A model generated the notes under the pieces. That model was not told the origin of the DNA. It saw only the letters and a program-made list of their open reading frames with translations, and searched no databases. A stretch of 64,000 nucleotides of DNA from Octopus vulgaris (taxonomy: Eukaryota), in the NCBI GenBank assembly GCA_951406725.2, contig OX597820.1, forward strand, positions 53,630,001-53,694,000, read 5' to 3'. Shown here one piece after another: positions 24,320 to 37,611 of this stretch. Position numbers and translations under genes: made by a program. Position 1 is the first letter of the stretch. The number at the start of each line of letters is the position of its first letter.

Positions 24320-26527
24320 GTATGTATATATGTATATATGTATGTATATGTGTTTGTGTGTATACATACTGATGTGCGTATCTCTCTTTATTTGTGAAAT
24401 TATGGGAAATCTCTGGCAACAGTCTAATTCTGTGAAGTTGCTTATAAGGATGTGGCGTAATTCTTTAATTTCAACGCATACTACACCCAGGCTTTGATCA
24501 TTACCGCGATCAATGTTGCTAAAGCAGAAACGGGAGAAAATGCAAGGACAAAATTTCCATTTGGAAGCAGTGACTGGAAAGAAGTGTTGTTGAATATTTT
24601 GTTTCAATAATTAGGAAGACTTTACCAAAGATGGGGAACTAGATAGATATATGTAAAATGTATAAGTTGTTTTAGAATAGTTTTAACAAAGTCACAGTTT
24701 ATCAGCAAAGAGTAATAGATATTTTGAAAGTAAAACCTAAACTAGAAGACACTTACAACACTAAATATCAAAGAAAAATGTCATAATTTTTGCATTTAGA
24801 ATTTGTTCCATGTCTGTGACACCTTGTTCAAATTACAGGTGTATTAAGAATATACCTCTCGCAATGAAAGCTACAAGTGATAGCGAACATGGATGTACAC
24901 CTTGAAAAAGAAATTTTTTGTTTAACACGTTTAAATGCGATTACAATCGTTCAGTTTTATTTTATTAGATGCACCTTTTTACGGCTAAGGAGTCATTACT
25001 TATAATTAGAACCGTTTTCATGAAACTGCTTTTCGTTCATCAATAGTTTCTCATTTCATAAGATAATTCTGATTTTTAGATTTAGAATCAAAAACATATT
25101 CAAGCGAATTGTGTCTGCGCTTCTGAATGGACTGTTAAATATATGTCTATGTTGATCATACAATGTTTTAAATGGCTTACCGTCAAACCTATATAATTTC
25201 AAACGTTGATTCATTGGTTGTTGAAATACTTCTAACATATACTACGATGCTAAGCGATTGCCATTTAAAGATGTTATCGTATTCATTCAGACCCATTTCA
25301 TATTACGTGTTGCTCAATTCGTAATTTTTGTATTTTTAATGCTTATATACACATATATATCCAGGAAAATTCTTAGATATTCCACTAACGACCTCATAAA
25401 TTGCTAACAGCTATGTAAGATATATTTACATTGGTATAAGAATATAATTTTTCAATAAGGCGTTCATAAACTGAAAATACTACATTCTACAAATAGGATA
25501 GTGAAATACATTGCCCTCTCCCTAATTTTATGAACGAGAAGACAAAATAGCATTTTCGTTTATATTATTCTCCTTTCTTGGCCACTGGGTTGGACAAGTT
25601 TAAAAAGATGAAAACAGTCTTAATTGTATTAAACATACTAATTATCTTCCCCTTTGCAATTTACACAGGTTTCCTTATGATAAGCATTGTGTTAAGTGGT
25701 ATTCGTTTACCCTGCGCAAAGTTGTCAACAAGCATATAAAATCAGTTTTATGTTTAATATAGAATAACTAGGAACTGGGACATGAAACAATCTCCTGAAA
25801 TTTTAAGCTACAATTTCGTCCAAATATATTTAAGATTTGAGAGACGGAAATTCCCTATAACCAACAGAGATATATTTATCAAATGTTCTCACTGCAAAAT
25901 CAATCCATTTATTTCCATAACAAAAATATTTTCAATTTTATATCAAACATAACTATGATGGGTGTCGTCGTTTCTTTCTGGAAAAAAAGGAAATAAAAAG
26001 AAACATGAAATAAATGGAACGGATAGCATAATGAAATCGCCTTTTGTTTTTTGCAGAATCGAGGCATGATCTCCAAATAATACCTCTTGATTTGTCATAT
26101 TAGTACACATATTATAATGCACATAGTATAATCATTTGGAAAAGAATTATTAATTGCAATCATATTTCAACAAACGAACATGAGCACCAACATTCACCAT
26201 GCGCCGACGATTCCTTCAACACATGGAAACTTATAAAAAATGAATTTGCTTATTTCATACACTTATAAACACCTGAACAACTGAAAAGCGACACTGTAAG
26301 GTTTGTTTCAACTTTAAAAAAAAGGCTAACTTCAAATAATGAATGCTTCTTCTTGAGCATGTAGTGTACTGTGTATCTATTTGCAATATAATGTACAGAT
26401 ACATGTGTGTGTGTGCATTTGTGTTTGTCTGTGAATAAACATATATATACATATGCGTACATATAATATGTACACATGTGTGTGTGCTGTGATTGCATGT
26501 GTGCGTGTACATAATAGATACTATATA

Positions 26528-26570
<43 letters not shown>

Positions 26571-27445
26571 TATATTGATATGTGTATAAATATTATATGC
26601 CCCATACGTTAAACAAACTTTCAAATATAAAACATATTTAAGCGTTACGTTCTTATTCATGGGACGCCTTGCGTATATAAACATTCGGCTGTTTGTCATA
26701 TTACACATCAAATCCGCCTCAGAGATAAACATGTGTGTGCGTGTGTGGATGTGTGTGTGTGTATGTGACCTTATGTGTAACATGGATGCATGTGGTTGTG
26801 TTAATGTCATTGAGTATCTGCATAAATGTGTAATTTCCTCTCTATCTATATGTGCGTGTTGTATGTGTATGCTTGTATGTATGTGCGTATGTATGTATGT
26901 ATGTATGTATGTATGTATGTATGTATGTATGTATGTATGTATGTATGTATGTATGTATGTATGTATGTATGTATGTATGTATGTATGTATGTATTTATGC
27001 ATGTATGTATGTGTGTGTTTGTTTTTTTACGCAGTCGACATCGTACATAAACTCGATCCCACAAAAACATTATCCTTATCCCGATGGTACCGGATGCCAA
27101 ACGGATGTAGAATGAACATCTCACAGACTATCAAATGTCGGCATTGTTGAATAGTTTTTATTGACATAAAACCATCTGATCTGGAGCTGACTTTGAAGCT
27201 ATTTTTTATTTTCCCTTATTTCAATTATTGAGTTTATTCTAGTATTTATTTGTATAACCACAGAAATATTCGTACACCTAGGTTTATTCTATAAAAAAAA
27301 ACATACATAACTCCCTTCTGATTTACGCGCATTCTAACGATTTATCACATTCATATATGAATACATTCACGCATCTATAAATCTGTGTGTTTGAGTCTCT
27401 CCTTTTCTCCCATCCAACACACACACAAACACACACATACATATA

Positions 27446-27560
<115 letters not shown>

Positions 27561-27945
27561 AATTAGCGAAAACCACTATTATGCAATTCAAACCATGATA
27601 GACATAAACCAAATCATAAATAAAAAATAAAATATATTTTTTAAAACATATAACTAGATCACAAAATGTACAAAAATGAATATATATATATATATATATT
27701 TATATAACTTACTATTAATATAAAACAAGGGGGCGTTTCATTACTTAATAAGTGAAAAATTGTATATGAAACGCACAGGCGAAAAGTAATAAAAAGATAT
27801 AATGAATGTTTAATATATAGGTGTGTGTTGTGCATTCATTACATATATATATATATGTGTGTGTGTGTGTATGTATATATATATATATGTTGTGTGTGTA
27901 AGTATGTATATACAATATATATATGTGTGTATGTATATATATACA

Positions 27946-27999
<54 letters not shown>

Positions 28000-28003
<4 letters not shown>

Positions 28004-28292
28004 TAATCCAAACAAGAAAAGACAAAAAAACACAACAACGCGAGGACGTGGAACAAATATAGTATTATTGGACGCTCAGGAAAGAAGGAAAGAAGGAGGG
28101 TTTAACGTTTCGAGCGGAGCTCTTCGTCGGAAACATAGGAGAAGGAAAGATCCAGAGAAGGGAAGACAGAGGGAAAAAATCGCCAACGGTACAGGTGTAA
28201 GTCGTGGCGACACAAGTGGAAAAATGAAGGTAGAAGAAGAAAGGTAAAAAAGGACGAGGAAAAAGTACGAGGAGAAAGTACGAGGGAAAGGT
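28000..28292 (-). mobile_element. Penelope-like pLTR 3' fragment between (TA)n tracts, with a minimal hammerhead-like motif
   Basis: Minus strand GTTT-CCGACGA-AGAGCTCCGCTC-GAAACGTT-AAAC at about 28100-28135. The tail is homologous to 5263-5400. Confidence 0.65.
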
Positions 28293-28294
28293 AC

Positions 28295-28359
<65 letters not shown>

Positions 28360-28597
28360 TTTATACGTGTGTGTGTATGTATGTCCATGTTTTCATGTAT
28401 ATACACTTGTGTATATATGTATATATGTTTGCATGAATGGGAGTAGTTATATATGTGGTGGAGGACGGAATATTTGTGTTTGTGTGTGTGTGCGCAGGTG
28501 CGCATTTATGCGCCTCTGCATATAATTACGTTAAATTTTTTCGTATAAATGAGAGACCAGTGTTCAATATATGTTTAAATTGAAACAGAAATTTGTT

Positions 28598-28636
28598 TTG
28601 CAACACGAGTTTCACGGCACAGCGATCTTCAGGCAA
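28598..28636 (-). ncRNA. Minimal type I hammerhead ribozyme motif
   Basis: Minus strand TTGC-CTGAAGA-TCGCTGTGCCGT-GAAA-CTCGTG-TT-GCAA gives a 4-bp stem I, an intact core, a short stem III and a GUU triplet. Confidence 0.55.
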
Positions 28637-29169
28637 GAACTTATAAACTCGGTATTGGTAAAATAATTATATCCTTTGGTGTTTATGTTTGTGTGTGCAT
28701 GTGTGCGTGCGTGCGTGCGTGTATGTGTTTGTGTTTGAGTGTGGGCTCTAACACTTATGTTTGTTTCTGAAATTACTTTCCATGGTTATTCAGTGGGTGC
28801 CTTTTTCCCCCTCGGGCCTCATTGTTTGTACCAAAAAATCACCCTCGGTCTATGAACGCAAAACACATGACAATGAATAAGCACGATCACTAAGACAAAA
28901 AAATGGAATCACCACATCGCCATAATTTAATCTAAACAACAAATGAAGAAGTCAGAAAAACACTATAAACAATTGTATTAACAATCTTAATCGATGCCAA
29001 TAGTTCAAACCATCCATACAAGTGGATTTTGAGGGATATGTTCATGCACAGCGTCAACGTTCATTTGGATTCCTTTTGTTATAAGTATATCGGCACACTA
29101 CTTCAGATTTACTTAAACGTAGTTTTTTTTTTATTTTGCTGAAAACTAAATATCCATTTTTGTTTTGCG

Positions 29170-29390
29170 TCTTTCAGTCATCAGATTGCGGCCACGCTAG
29201 AGCACTGCTTTGAATAATTTTTATTCGAATCAATCGATACCGGCACTTCATTTTCTTTTTTTAAGCCTGATACTTATTCTATCGGTGTCTTTCTCTGATC
29301 AGCTATGTTACGGGCACGTAAAGACGCCTATACCGGTTGTCAAGCGGTTATGGGTGGACAAACAGAGCCACAAAATATACACACACACAG
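29170..29390 (-). mobile_element. SINE family A, degenerate 3' half
   Basis: TTTCAGTCATCAGATTGCGGCCACGCTAGAGCAC..., TACTTATTCTATCGG and CGGTTGTCAAGCG match the family. Confidence 0.7.
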
Positions 29391-29401
29391 AGTGAAAGGA
29401 G

Positions 29402-29448
<47 letters not shown>

Positions 29449-29454
29449 ATAAAT

Positions 29455-29940
29455 AATATACATGGGTACAGGACGTCACCAACGGTGCAAATGAAATGAA
29501 TTCCGTAAACGAAAGAGTGAAATATGTAAATAACGAGAGAAAAAGATGGAAAACAGGAAAAGTAAACAAAGAGAAAGGACCCTCCATCAGTTGTCGACTG
29601 TCTATCTACTTCTCATTTCGAGCATTAAATGATAATATGAGTCTTCAAAAGCAGTTGCTCCCATAAATTCTAAAAACAAATTAGTATTTATGGCGGTTCA
29701 TAGTTGGGAACAAAAAATGACAGTGGAGATACCCAAGGAAATCGAACGAAAACAAACACGGAGGGTCGTTTGACCAGAACGAGAGGAAAATAGTGATCGC
29801 CGGAAGAAACATTTTTTTTAAACAGAAAATACAGAAGAGAGAGAGAGAAAAACCATGTCCGTTGTTTTAAACGTCCGTGCAGAAAACGAAAGATGCTCAC
29901 ATGAGGAAAAGAAAGATGGTTGATTGTCACGTGTGAGCAG
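29455..29940 (-). mobile_element. Probable Penelope-like non-coding 3'/pLTR region
   Basis: Homologous to 14283-14440. Degenerate TTGAAGA...GCTCGAAATG motif on the minus strand. Bounded by (TA)n and (GA)n. Confidence 0.5.
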
Positions 29941-29962
29941 CGAGACAGAGGTAGAGAGAAAC

Positions 29963-30035
<73 letters not shown>

Positions 30036-30337
30036 AACAGTTAGAAAATGGTTAATGATGGAGGATGAGAAAAAGGGAATGAGAGAAAGATGGGGGCAGA
30101 AAACAGTATATAGTAGAGACGCATCAAAAAGTTGAAGATGAACTTACTTCGAAATGGATGCGTCGCGTCCATTTAGATTTACTATATTTATATAAATATA
30201 TATATATATATATACTAAGTAATTAAGTAATACTAAGTAATATTCGAGGAAAGTTGGGGGCTTTTACATGCTGAAATCTACTTGGTGAAATTAATGATTA
30301 TTCCAAATTAATTAATTTCACCCTATATTATTACTGA

Positions 30338-30384
<47 letters not shown>

Positions 30385-30386
<2 letters not shown>

Positions 30387-30545
30387 CAACTTCTTTCAGT
30401 TTCCGTCTAACAAATTCACTCACAAGGTTTTTAGTAGTCCTACGGCTATAGTAGAAGACCCTTGACAAAGATGCCACGAAGTGGGACTGAACCTGAAACC
30501 ATGAGGTTGTGAAGCAAGCTTTTTACCACACATCCATGCTTGTGT
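30385..30545 (-). mobile_element. SINE family A, 5' half
   Basis: CTTCTTTCAGTTTCCGTCT...GTGGGACTGAACC...TTACCACACA matches the family. Confidence 0.8.
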
Positions 30546-32229
30546 CATGCAAATTTTTTTTATTACAACCTAAATATCCATGGGTATTTTTCCCTAAAAA
30601 CATAAAATCTTTTGAGTGGGGTTTCCATTGTAGATGTTTATTGCCAATAACACTTACGAATGGGTTCATATAATCTCTGTTCTTTATCAAAAAATAACAT
30701 ACTTATTGTATACAATCCTTACTAAACTTCAGTAGACCAACTAAAATCTCGTTTAGTTAGATTAGTTATATTCATGGTTAGACTATTTCATGATGAAAGT
30801 GATATCACGGCGTGAACAAGATGGAAACTAACTTTTCTCTTTCTACTTTTGTCATGTTAGTTTATCATACTGATGCGCACTCAACAGAGTATTTACATAA
30901 ACGATGATGATACTGAAGCCCAATGGAAATTTCTGCCAGAGACCATTAATTATTCCATTTATGCACCTCAACTTATTCTAGTGAAAGTGATATGTTTAAT
31001 TCTATCTGCCAGAAGTGATTTACACGAAGTAATAATTTTCATTTATTAAAGATATCCGGAAACATTGTGAATAGAAGTAAATGGTTCAATGATTCAAATA
31101 ATAACTAGATATCTACATATAACAGTAACATTTTGTTCAATTCGTAATAATATTCAAGATATATCATGCTGGATGCGCCAGTTTATACTGGTGATAATGC
31201 AAAACCATTTTGCTTGAGCTTTGAGAAGACTTTACTTTCCTTCAGATTTTCTTAATCTTATAAGGGTTTTCTTTAGATGCCATGCGAGTGATGTGGGAGA
31301 AAAAGTCCGTATACTTCTCTGAGAGAAACTTTTTAACTTTCTGGCAGATTAAATGAAAATCATGTAATATACTGGACAGCTTTTTTCAAGAGAATGTCAG
31401 CAGGCATGGTTAGAGGTGTCGCTAATTGACAAGAGAATTATTTTAAAAATATGACAGACAATTTGCCAAATCCCTTTTGGAAATTCTGTTTATTTAAATT
31501 ATATTTAATTTTGAGGTCTATTTAGCTTAAATAGATTACACAAAAATCCTTGCCAAAGCTACGCTGGGATCATTGGCGGCTAGTATGTATTGTTCCAGGA
31601 AGTTTTCTCCTTTCTCGTAACGATTTGAATTCACGTGTCTACATATGTAGATAAAAATGCGTTCATATGTTTGATGCTTTTTGAATTTGAATTTAGTTTT
31701 TCTATTACTTATAGTTCTTCCTTGTTTATTTTATTCATTATCGTTTTCGCTTTTATTTTATCATACTGCTGTTATTTTTTTCATCATATTTAATAATTTT
31801 GATTAGTTTATTAATTGTAATGGAAATTTAAAATTTTGATATTTATTATTTTATTATTTTGACTTACCATAAATACAAGACTTCTCCAACCCGTTCAGTA
31901 TTTTCCTTCTCTGGTTTAAGACCTTACATCACTGGTTAAGTATTAATACTTACATTTATGATAGGATTTCACTTCACTCTTCTTTGTTGAACTCATCTAA
32001 AATGGTTCAAGGCCTAATTAATTTGATATTATTAATATACAATTGAAATGCCATTTTATTATCTGAGAATGAGTCAGTTTTCATGTCAGATAAAATCCAT
32101 TTTTTCCGCTCGTCTGATTCCAAAAGTTTCGGAGCATAATTTAGCTAAAGCATTTTAAACTAAAAAGAACCCCCTATATGCTAGCTTCAAGACATAAGAC
32201 ATACTTCCAATATTTAATGTCCAAGAATT

Positions 32230-32651
32230 CATCGCTCCTTAAGTAGGGACCCTACCTGGAATCCTTCTACAGCTGTCTGTCTCTGGCCTGTCGTGACCAT
32301 GTAGAACTCAGACAGCGGTTGAGATCATCTCCCATCTTATCTTGATCTTTTCCCTTGTCTTGGTGTTTATTTCATCACCCTGATTGTCCATCTGCTGTCC
32401 TTCAGTCGTGCGATGTGACCAACCCATCTATTTTTGTTCTCCTTGATAGTTTCTATGATGTTGACTGTCGTCTGCTGCCGAATCCAGGCGTTGGTCTTCT
32501 CATGAAATGTGATGCTGTGCATGGGTCGATCCATTTTCCGTTGGGCTACAATAAGGGCGTCCACCAAGGTAGTATTGAGAGCCCATGTTTCACTTCCGTA
32601 AATATCACTTGCAGGAATATATACTTCATCTTGGATTATGTCTGATCCCAA
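32230..32651 (-). mobile_element. Decayed RTE LINE 3' region
   Basis: ORF 32367..32651 contains YGSETWAL...AQRKMDR...WIRQQT...RWVGHIARLKDSRWT, paralogous to the C-terminus of the RT at 3209. Weaker remnants may extend to about 33100. Confidence 0.85.
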
Positions 32652-34333
32652 AATTCAATAAACACAGAAATGGTGATGGTCACTAAATTAGTTACTTCAT
32701 CTCTTCAATGATAACTGTTAATCAAAAGTATTTACTTTTCATCAAATATGATACTTAGATGTCCGCCTACAAGTATTTCTACAGAGATTAGATCAATTGT
32801 AAGAGTTTTCGAAACAAATTTCAATCACTCAGACACGTCATTGAAGAATTACGAGAGATAGCAGGATTTAACACTAATGCTTCTTGATAGCAATAAGACA
32901 GCAAATTCAGTTTATTTACGTGAGAATAAAATGATATGGGCAACTGTTGAAAAGAATCAAGAAACTAAAAAGAGCCAAGTTAGTCAGATAGAGAAAACAC
33001 CTGACTGAATTACCAGCCGGCCTCATAAAGACCAGCCAAATAACATACTTAGCTGTGTGTGTAACAATCGAGCATGGAAGTCCGTGACTGTATAAGAACA
33101 CTGGTGCATCAACTTTACATATTAACTTTCACCTTGCCTTCCTACCTATTGTATATTTTATTGACGTTTATTCATCAATATGTTTGAGTCATTATTAGAT
33201 GGTTACTTTATATGGAGCGCGTCTTTATTTACCCTGAGTGACTTTCTATCTCTCCAAGCTTTTGAAGAGTCAGTCCAATATCACTTTCCAGTGATTTTTG
33301 TCACTCTCATAATTGACCTCTGTCTAGCTTTAGACATTTACATTTGGAAAATAGAACACTTGACCACAAATTCTTAAATTAAGTCGCGTAGTAACGTTTC
33401 ATGAAATAACTCGGACTCGCGTATCATGAAAATAATACAGGAACGAAATCAATTAGGTTATCATATCTATGAGATCGGTGATGCCTTCTGTTTTTTTTCT
33501 TTTGATCTCTTGAAAACTTTTCTCGAGATAGTCCTGATTGATATACTCGACAAGTCTTCAACTGCGCCGCTCAATATTTCACGTAATGAATTTACTGAGT
33601 GATGGAAGCCATGGCGAGAAATTGGTTCCTCGAATTAGTATTCTCTTTTTGTTTTGTTTTTGTCTTTGTTTTTTGTTTATTTGTTATTTTTTTTCTTTTC
33701 AATTCTTCTACTATAAAAAAAAAAACAAAGATACCGGAGAGAAACTCTAACTATGGCAACCGAAATACCAAAACATAATGAAAAAAAAAAAACAAGGAAA
33801 GAAATTAGAAAAGAAAGACTGTGTAAGATTTCTCTGATAACCACACCTGATCGAATTTATTTAGAGAAACTTGTTGTTCATGTTGATCTTATTGAAGGCG
33901 TTTTTGTTTAGAATTTTTAGGTTGTTGATGATGTTATTACTGCAAAAGTTTTCATATTCTTTTGAAATTTTGTTTTAAATAGAATCGGAAAACATTTTAA
34001 TGTTGTGAATATTTTTTTCCATTTCGTTTCAAATTAAATAACCAAAATTCTTTGTTTCCCATTTCATTTAACAAAATTTTTCACGTATTTTTCCTTCATT
34101 CCGCTTGTATGTGTGTAATATCTTTCTTTGTATATATTTGGTTCTGCTGTGTATTATTTTGCAGTCAGTGTGTTGCTTTGCATAGTTTTTTTCACTTTTT
34201 CCTAGGAAACCTTAGAGTTTGAAAGTAAATGTAAAAAAGAAAAGTAAGTTCTGTAATTGTTTTAAAAGTCACCACATTTCAAATTCCTAGGCAAAATACA
34301 AGACAGTAAATATATATTATCACCACCATATAC

Positions 34334-34731
34334 GCGTAGGAGTGACTGTGTGGTAAGTAGCTTGCTTACCAACCACATAGTTCCTGGTTCAATCCCACTG
34401 CATAGAACCTTGGGCAAGTGTCTTCTACTATAGCCTCGGGCCGACCAAAGACACGTGAGTGGATTTGGTAGACGGAAACTGAAAGAAGCCCATCGTATAT
34501 ACGTATGTATATATGTGCGTGTGTATGTCTGTGTTTGTCCGCCCCCCCCCCCCGCAACATCGCTTGACAACCGATGCTGGTATGTTTACGTCCCCGTAAC
34601 TTAGCGGTTCGGCAAAAGTGACCTCTAGAATAAATACTAGGCTTACAAAAATAAATCCTGGGGTCGATTTTCTCGACTAAAGGCGGTGCTCCATCATGGC
34701 CACAGTCAAATGACTGAAACAAGTAAAAGAA
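34334..34731 (+). mobile_element. SINE family A (full length)
   Basis: Head, B-box GGTTCAATCCC and tail as in 360-798; followed by (AAT)n. Confidence 0.9.
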
Positions 34732-34756
34732 TAATAATAATAATAATAATAGTAAT

Positions 34757-34920
34757 GGTTTCAAATTTTGGCACAACGCCAGCAATTTGGGGAAGTAGAT
34801 AAGTCGATTATATCAACTCCAGTGTCCAACTGGTACTTATTTTATCGATCCCCGAAGGATAAAAGGCAAAATCGACCTCGAATGATAATAATGATGATGA
34901 TGATGATGATGATGATAAAG

Positions 34921-34951
<31 letters not shown>

Positions 34952-35215
34952 TAATAATAATAATAATAATAACTAGCTGGACCCGTGAAAAATTCACGGA
35001 AAACATAAAGAATGTAAGCATCTGTAAACAGTCAACTGGTGCCATGAGAACTGTTTTGTATATTATGACTGTCTGTCTTTACGTTCTGAGTTCAAATTCT
35101 GCCGAGTTCGACTTTGCCTTTCGTCCTTTCGCGGTCGATAAATTAAGTACCAGTTGTGTACTGGGGTCGATCTAATCAACTGTCCCCCTCCCCACAACAA
35201 TTTCAGGCCTAGAAA
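34757..35215. mobile_element. Two family B (B2-tail) SINE fragments separated by (GAT)/(AAT) microsatellite
   Basis: Minus fragment at 34757-34880; plus fragment at 35068-35215 (GAGTTCAAATTCTGCCGAG...GCCTTTCGTCCTTTCG). Confidence 0.75.
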
Positions 35216-35271
35216 GTACATTGTGACAGTTACAGAATATAGAAAGTAATGTAACAACAATGACTATATAA

Positions 35272-35759
35272 AGCATTAATAAATCTCCGAACGAGATATG
35301 AACAGTAACCGCTCGACAACGTAAAGTGTACTAGCCATCTGAATGTGGCTAGCCACTGGGTATGGGGTGTTACTGACGCTTTTAGCCCCAGGAGATCGAC
35401 GTCTCCAGCTGGCCTTAGACACAATTTCAGTGCCCTTGTGTTATTTGCAAAGGGAGGTCATCCTCTCTCGAAAACCAAAGTGATACATACGGACTATAGT
35501 TTCAAGGTTATTTGCAAAGGTCTCCTTAATGAAAACCGGTGTTTACCATACGTTGACGAGAGGCAAAAACCTTGAAACTATAGTCCGTATGTATCACTTA
35601 GGTTTTTCGAGGGAGGATGACTTCCCTTTGCAAATAACACAAGGGCACTGAAATTGTGTCTAAGGCCAGCTGGAGACGTCGATCTCCTGGGGCTTAAAGC
35701 GTCAGTAACACCCCACCCCCAGTGGCTAGCCACATTCAGATGGCTAGTACACTTTACGT
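35272..35759. mobile_element. Penelope-type inverted pLTR insertion: ~197-bp inverted repeat, hammerhead and 15-bp TSD
   Basis: 35319-35515 pairs with 35563-35759 (fewer than 10 differences) across a 47-nt spacer. TSD ACAATGACTATATAA at 35257-35271 and 35760-35774. Confidence 0.88.
35547..35591 (+). ncRNA. Minimal type I hammerhead ribozyme (PLE-type)
   Basis: CATACG-TTGACGA-GAGG CAAAAA CCTT-GAAA-CTATAG-TC-CGTATG gives a 6-bp stem I, a core with one C3U deviation, a 4-bp stem II, palindromic ACTATAGT stem III and a GUC cleavage triplet ending at 35585. Confidence 0.75.
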
Positions 35760-35904
35760 ACAATGACTATATAATCCAACCAAAATATCTCAGTTTCACA
35801 AACGTAAACGGAATTAGTATTTAACCTTAAAATATATCGTACATATTCAAAGAACCTTCTTGGTTTAGTGGTACGGAACGTTGTTCTGTTATTCTTTTAT
35901 TATT

Positions 35905-36147
35905 TTACTTGTTTCAGTCATTTGACGGTGGTCATGCTGGAGCACTACCCTTTAGTTGAAGAAATTGACCCCTGGACTTATTCCCTGTAAGCCTGGTGCT
36001 TATTCTATCAGTCTCTTCTGCTGAACAGCTAAATTACAGGGACACAACCGCACCAACATCAGTTGTCATGCAATGGTGGTGGTGGGACAAACACAGACTC
36101 AAACACATACATACATACATACATACATACATACATACATACATACA

Positions 36148-36178
<31 letters not shown>

Positions 36179-36180
36179 GA
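35905..36180 (-). mobile_element. SINE family A, 3' half with expanded (CATA)n
   Basis: Reverse-complement tail TTACTTGTTTCAGTCATTTGAC..CATGCTGGAGCAC. Confidence 0.8.
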
Positions 36181-36899
36181 CAGGCTTGGTAGTGGTGTTG
36201 CTGGCTGGTGCGATTTTGTGGTTTGCTGGTATGCCGAGAGAGATCCAGTGGGACCCTAACTTGTTCCCCGATCATAAATGTATAATGTAGATGTGCAATG
36301 ATGACACATCAACAAATGAGCCAGAAATTCTAACTTTAAAAAATATAGAAAGCAAAAGACAACGTTGTATTCAGAAGCCAAAAGATTGTACTTGGGGAGT
36401 ACAATTCTATCGGTCTACAAATTTTCAACCACACAACCGACACCACTCATCAATCTGCTCACGAGCATATTGGTTAGAATCTTAAATTATGCGCTCAGTG
36501 GAGAAATGTTAGAGAAAATATCAAAGATGCCTACCTCCTGCGCGTCTTTGCCCCGCATCACCAAGTCTCAAGTAACATAATTTCACACTGTTGCCAGATA
36601 CGACAGATGTCTGCATCCCTTTTGTTACTTGTATCTTCTTCCTCAGTTTCATATCATAAGTTTAGAATATCTTCTCTCTCTTTCCTAATGGCGCTGCCAA
36701 ACTTAGGATTTTGTGCTTGGAAAAATTGTTGCTGCTCATGAAGCTGACAATTTACAATACTCGGAGTGTTGGTTGCAGCAGTGTTGAGTGAGCTTGATTT
36801 CACCTTCTATATCGTAGGAAAGAACGTTCTGTTGTAATCTTTTTATCATGAATACAATATTTCAGATTAACTTTTCGCCAACCCTTCACATCTACTCCT

Positions 36900-37080
36900 A
36901 CATTTTGAGTGAAGTAATGTGGTACGCTAGCTTTTGTCATCCAGCGTAACATTTACAGTGAAACATTAGCGAGATTCTGGGTGATACATAAGGCTGTGAC
37001 AATTTAGGGGACATCCTGCTTGGTACTGTAAGTTAGCCACATGCTGATGACTTTTATCCCTCTGGATAAGACAATTTATG
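36900..37080 (-). mobile_element. Possible very old LINE RT remnant
   Basis: Minus strand ACCAAGCAGGATGTCCCCTA (T-K-QG-CPL-like, frameshifted) followed by TACGCTGGATGAC (YADD-like, frameshifted). Confidence 0.3.
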
Positions 37081-37194
37081 TGGCTCAAATGTTTCCTAAG
37101 CATTTTTCAATTTGCCCTGGACAAAGGAACTTCAGATTTCGCGTTCTACACTTTATTCATTTCTATAGAATATTTCGTTTTATGGATGCTGTTT

Positions 37195-37611
37195 AAGGTG
37201 GCGAGCTGGCAGGAACTTTAGCACGCCGGGCGAAATGCTTAGCGGTATTTCGTCCACCGCAGTGTTCTGAGTTCAAATTCCACCGAGGTCAACTTTGCTT
37301 TTCATCCTTTTGGGGTCGATTAAATAAGTACCAGTTACGCACTGGAGTCGATATAATCGTCTTAATCCGTTTATCTGTCCTTGTCTGTCCTCTCTGTGTT
37401 TAGCCCCTTGTGGGTAGTAAAGAAATAGGTATTTCGTCTGCCGTTACCTTCTGAGTTCAAATTCCACCGAGGTCGACTTTGCCTTTCATCCTTTCGGGGT
37501 GGATAAATTAAGTACCAATTACGCACTGGGGTCGATATAATCGACTTAATATGTTTGTCTGTCCTTCTTTGTCCCCTCTATGCTTAGCCCCTTGTGGGCA
37601 ATAAAGAAATA
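37195..37611 (+). mobile_element. SINE family B dimer with a 12-bp TSD
   Basis: Units start at GGTATTTCG at 37244 and 37428. TSD GGATGCTGTTTA at 37184-37195 and 37612-37623. Confidence 0.92.

Noticed and set aside
24380-24900. Possible Tc1/mariner transposase remnant
   Set aside because: Only a vague compositional resemblance. No DDE motif or TIR pair could be identified.
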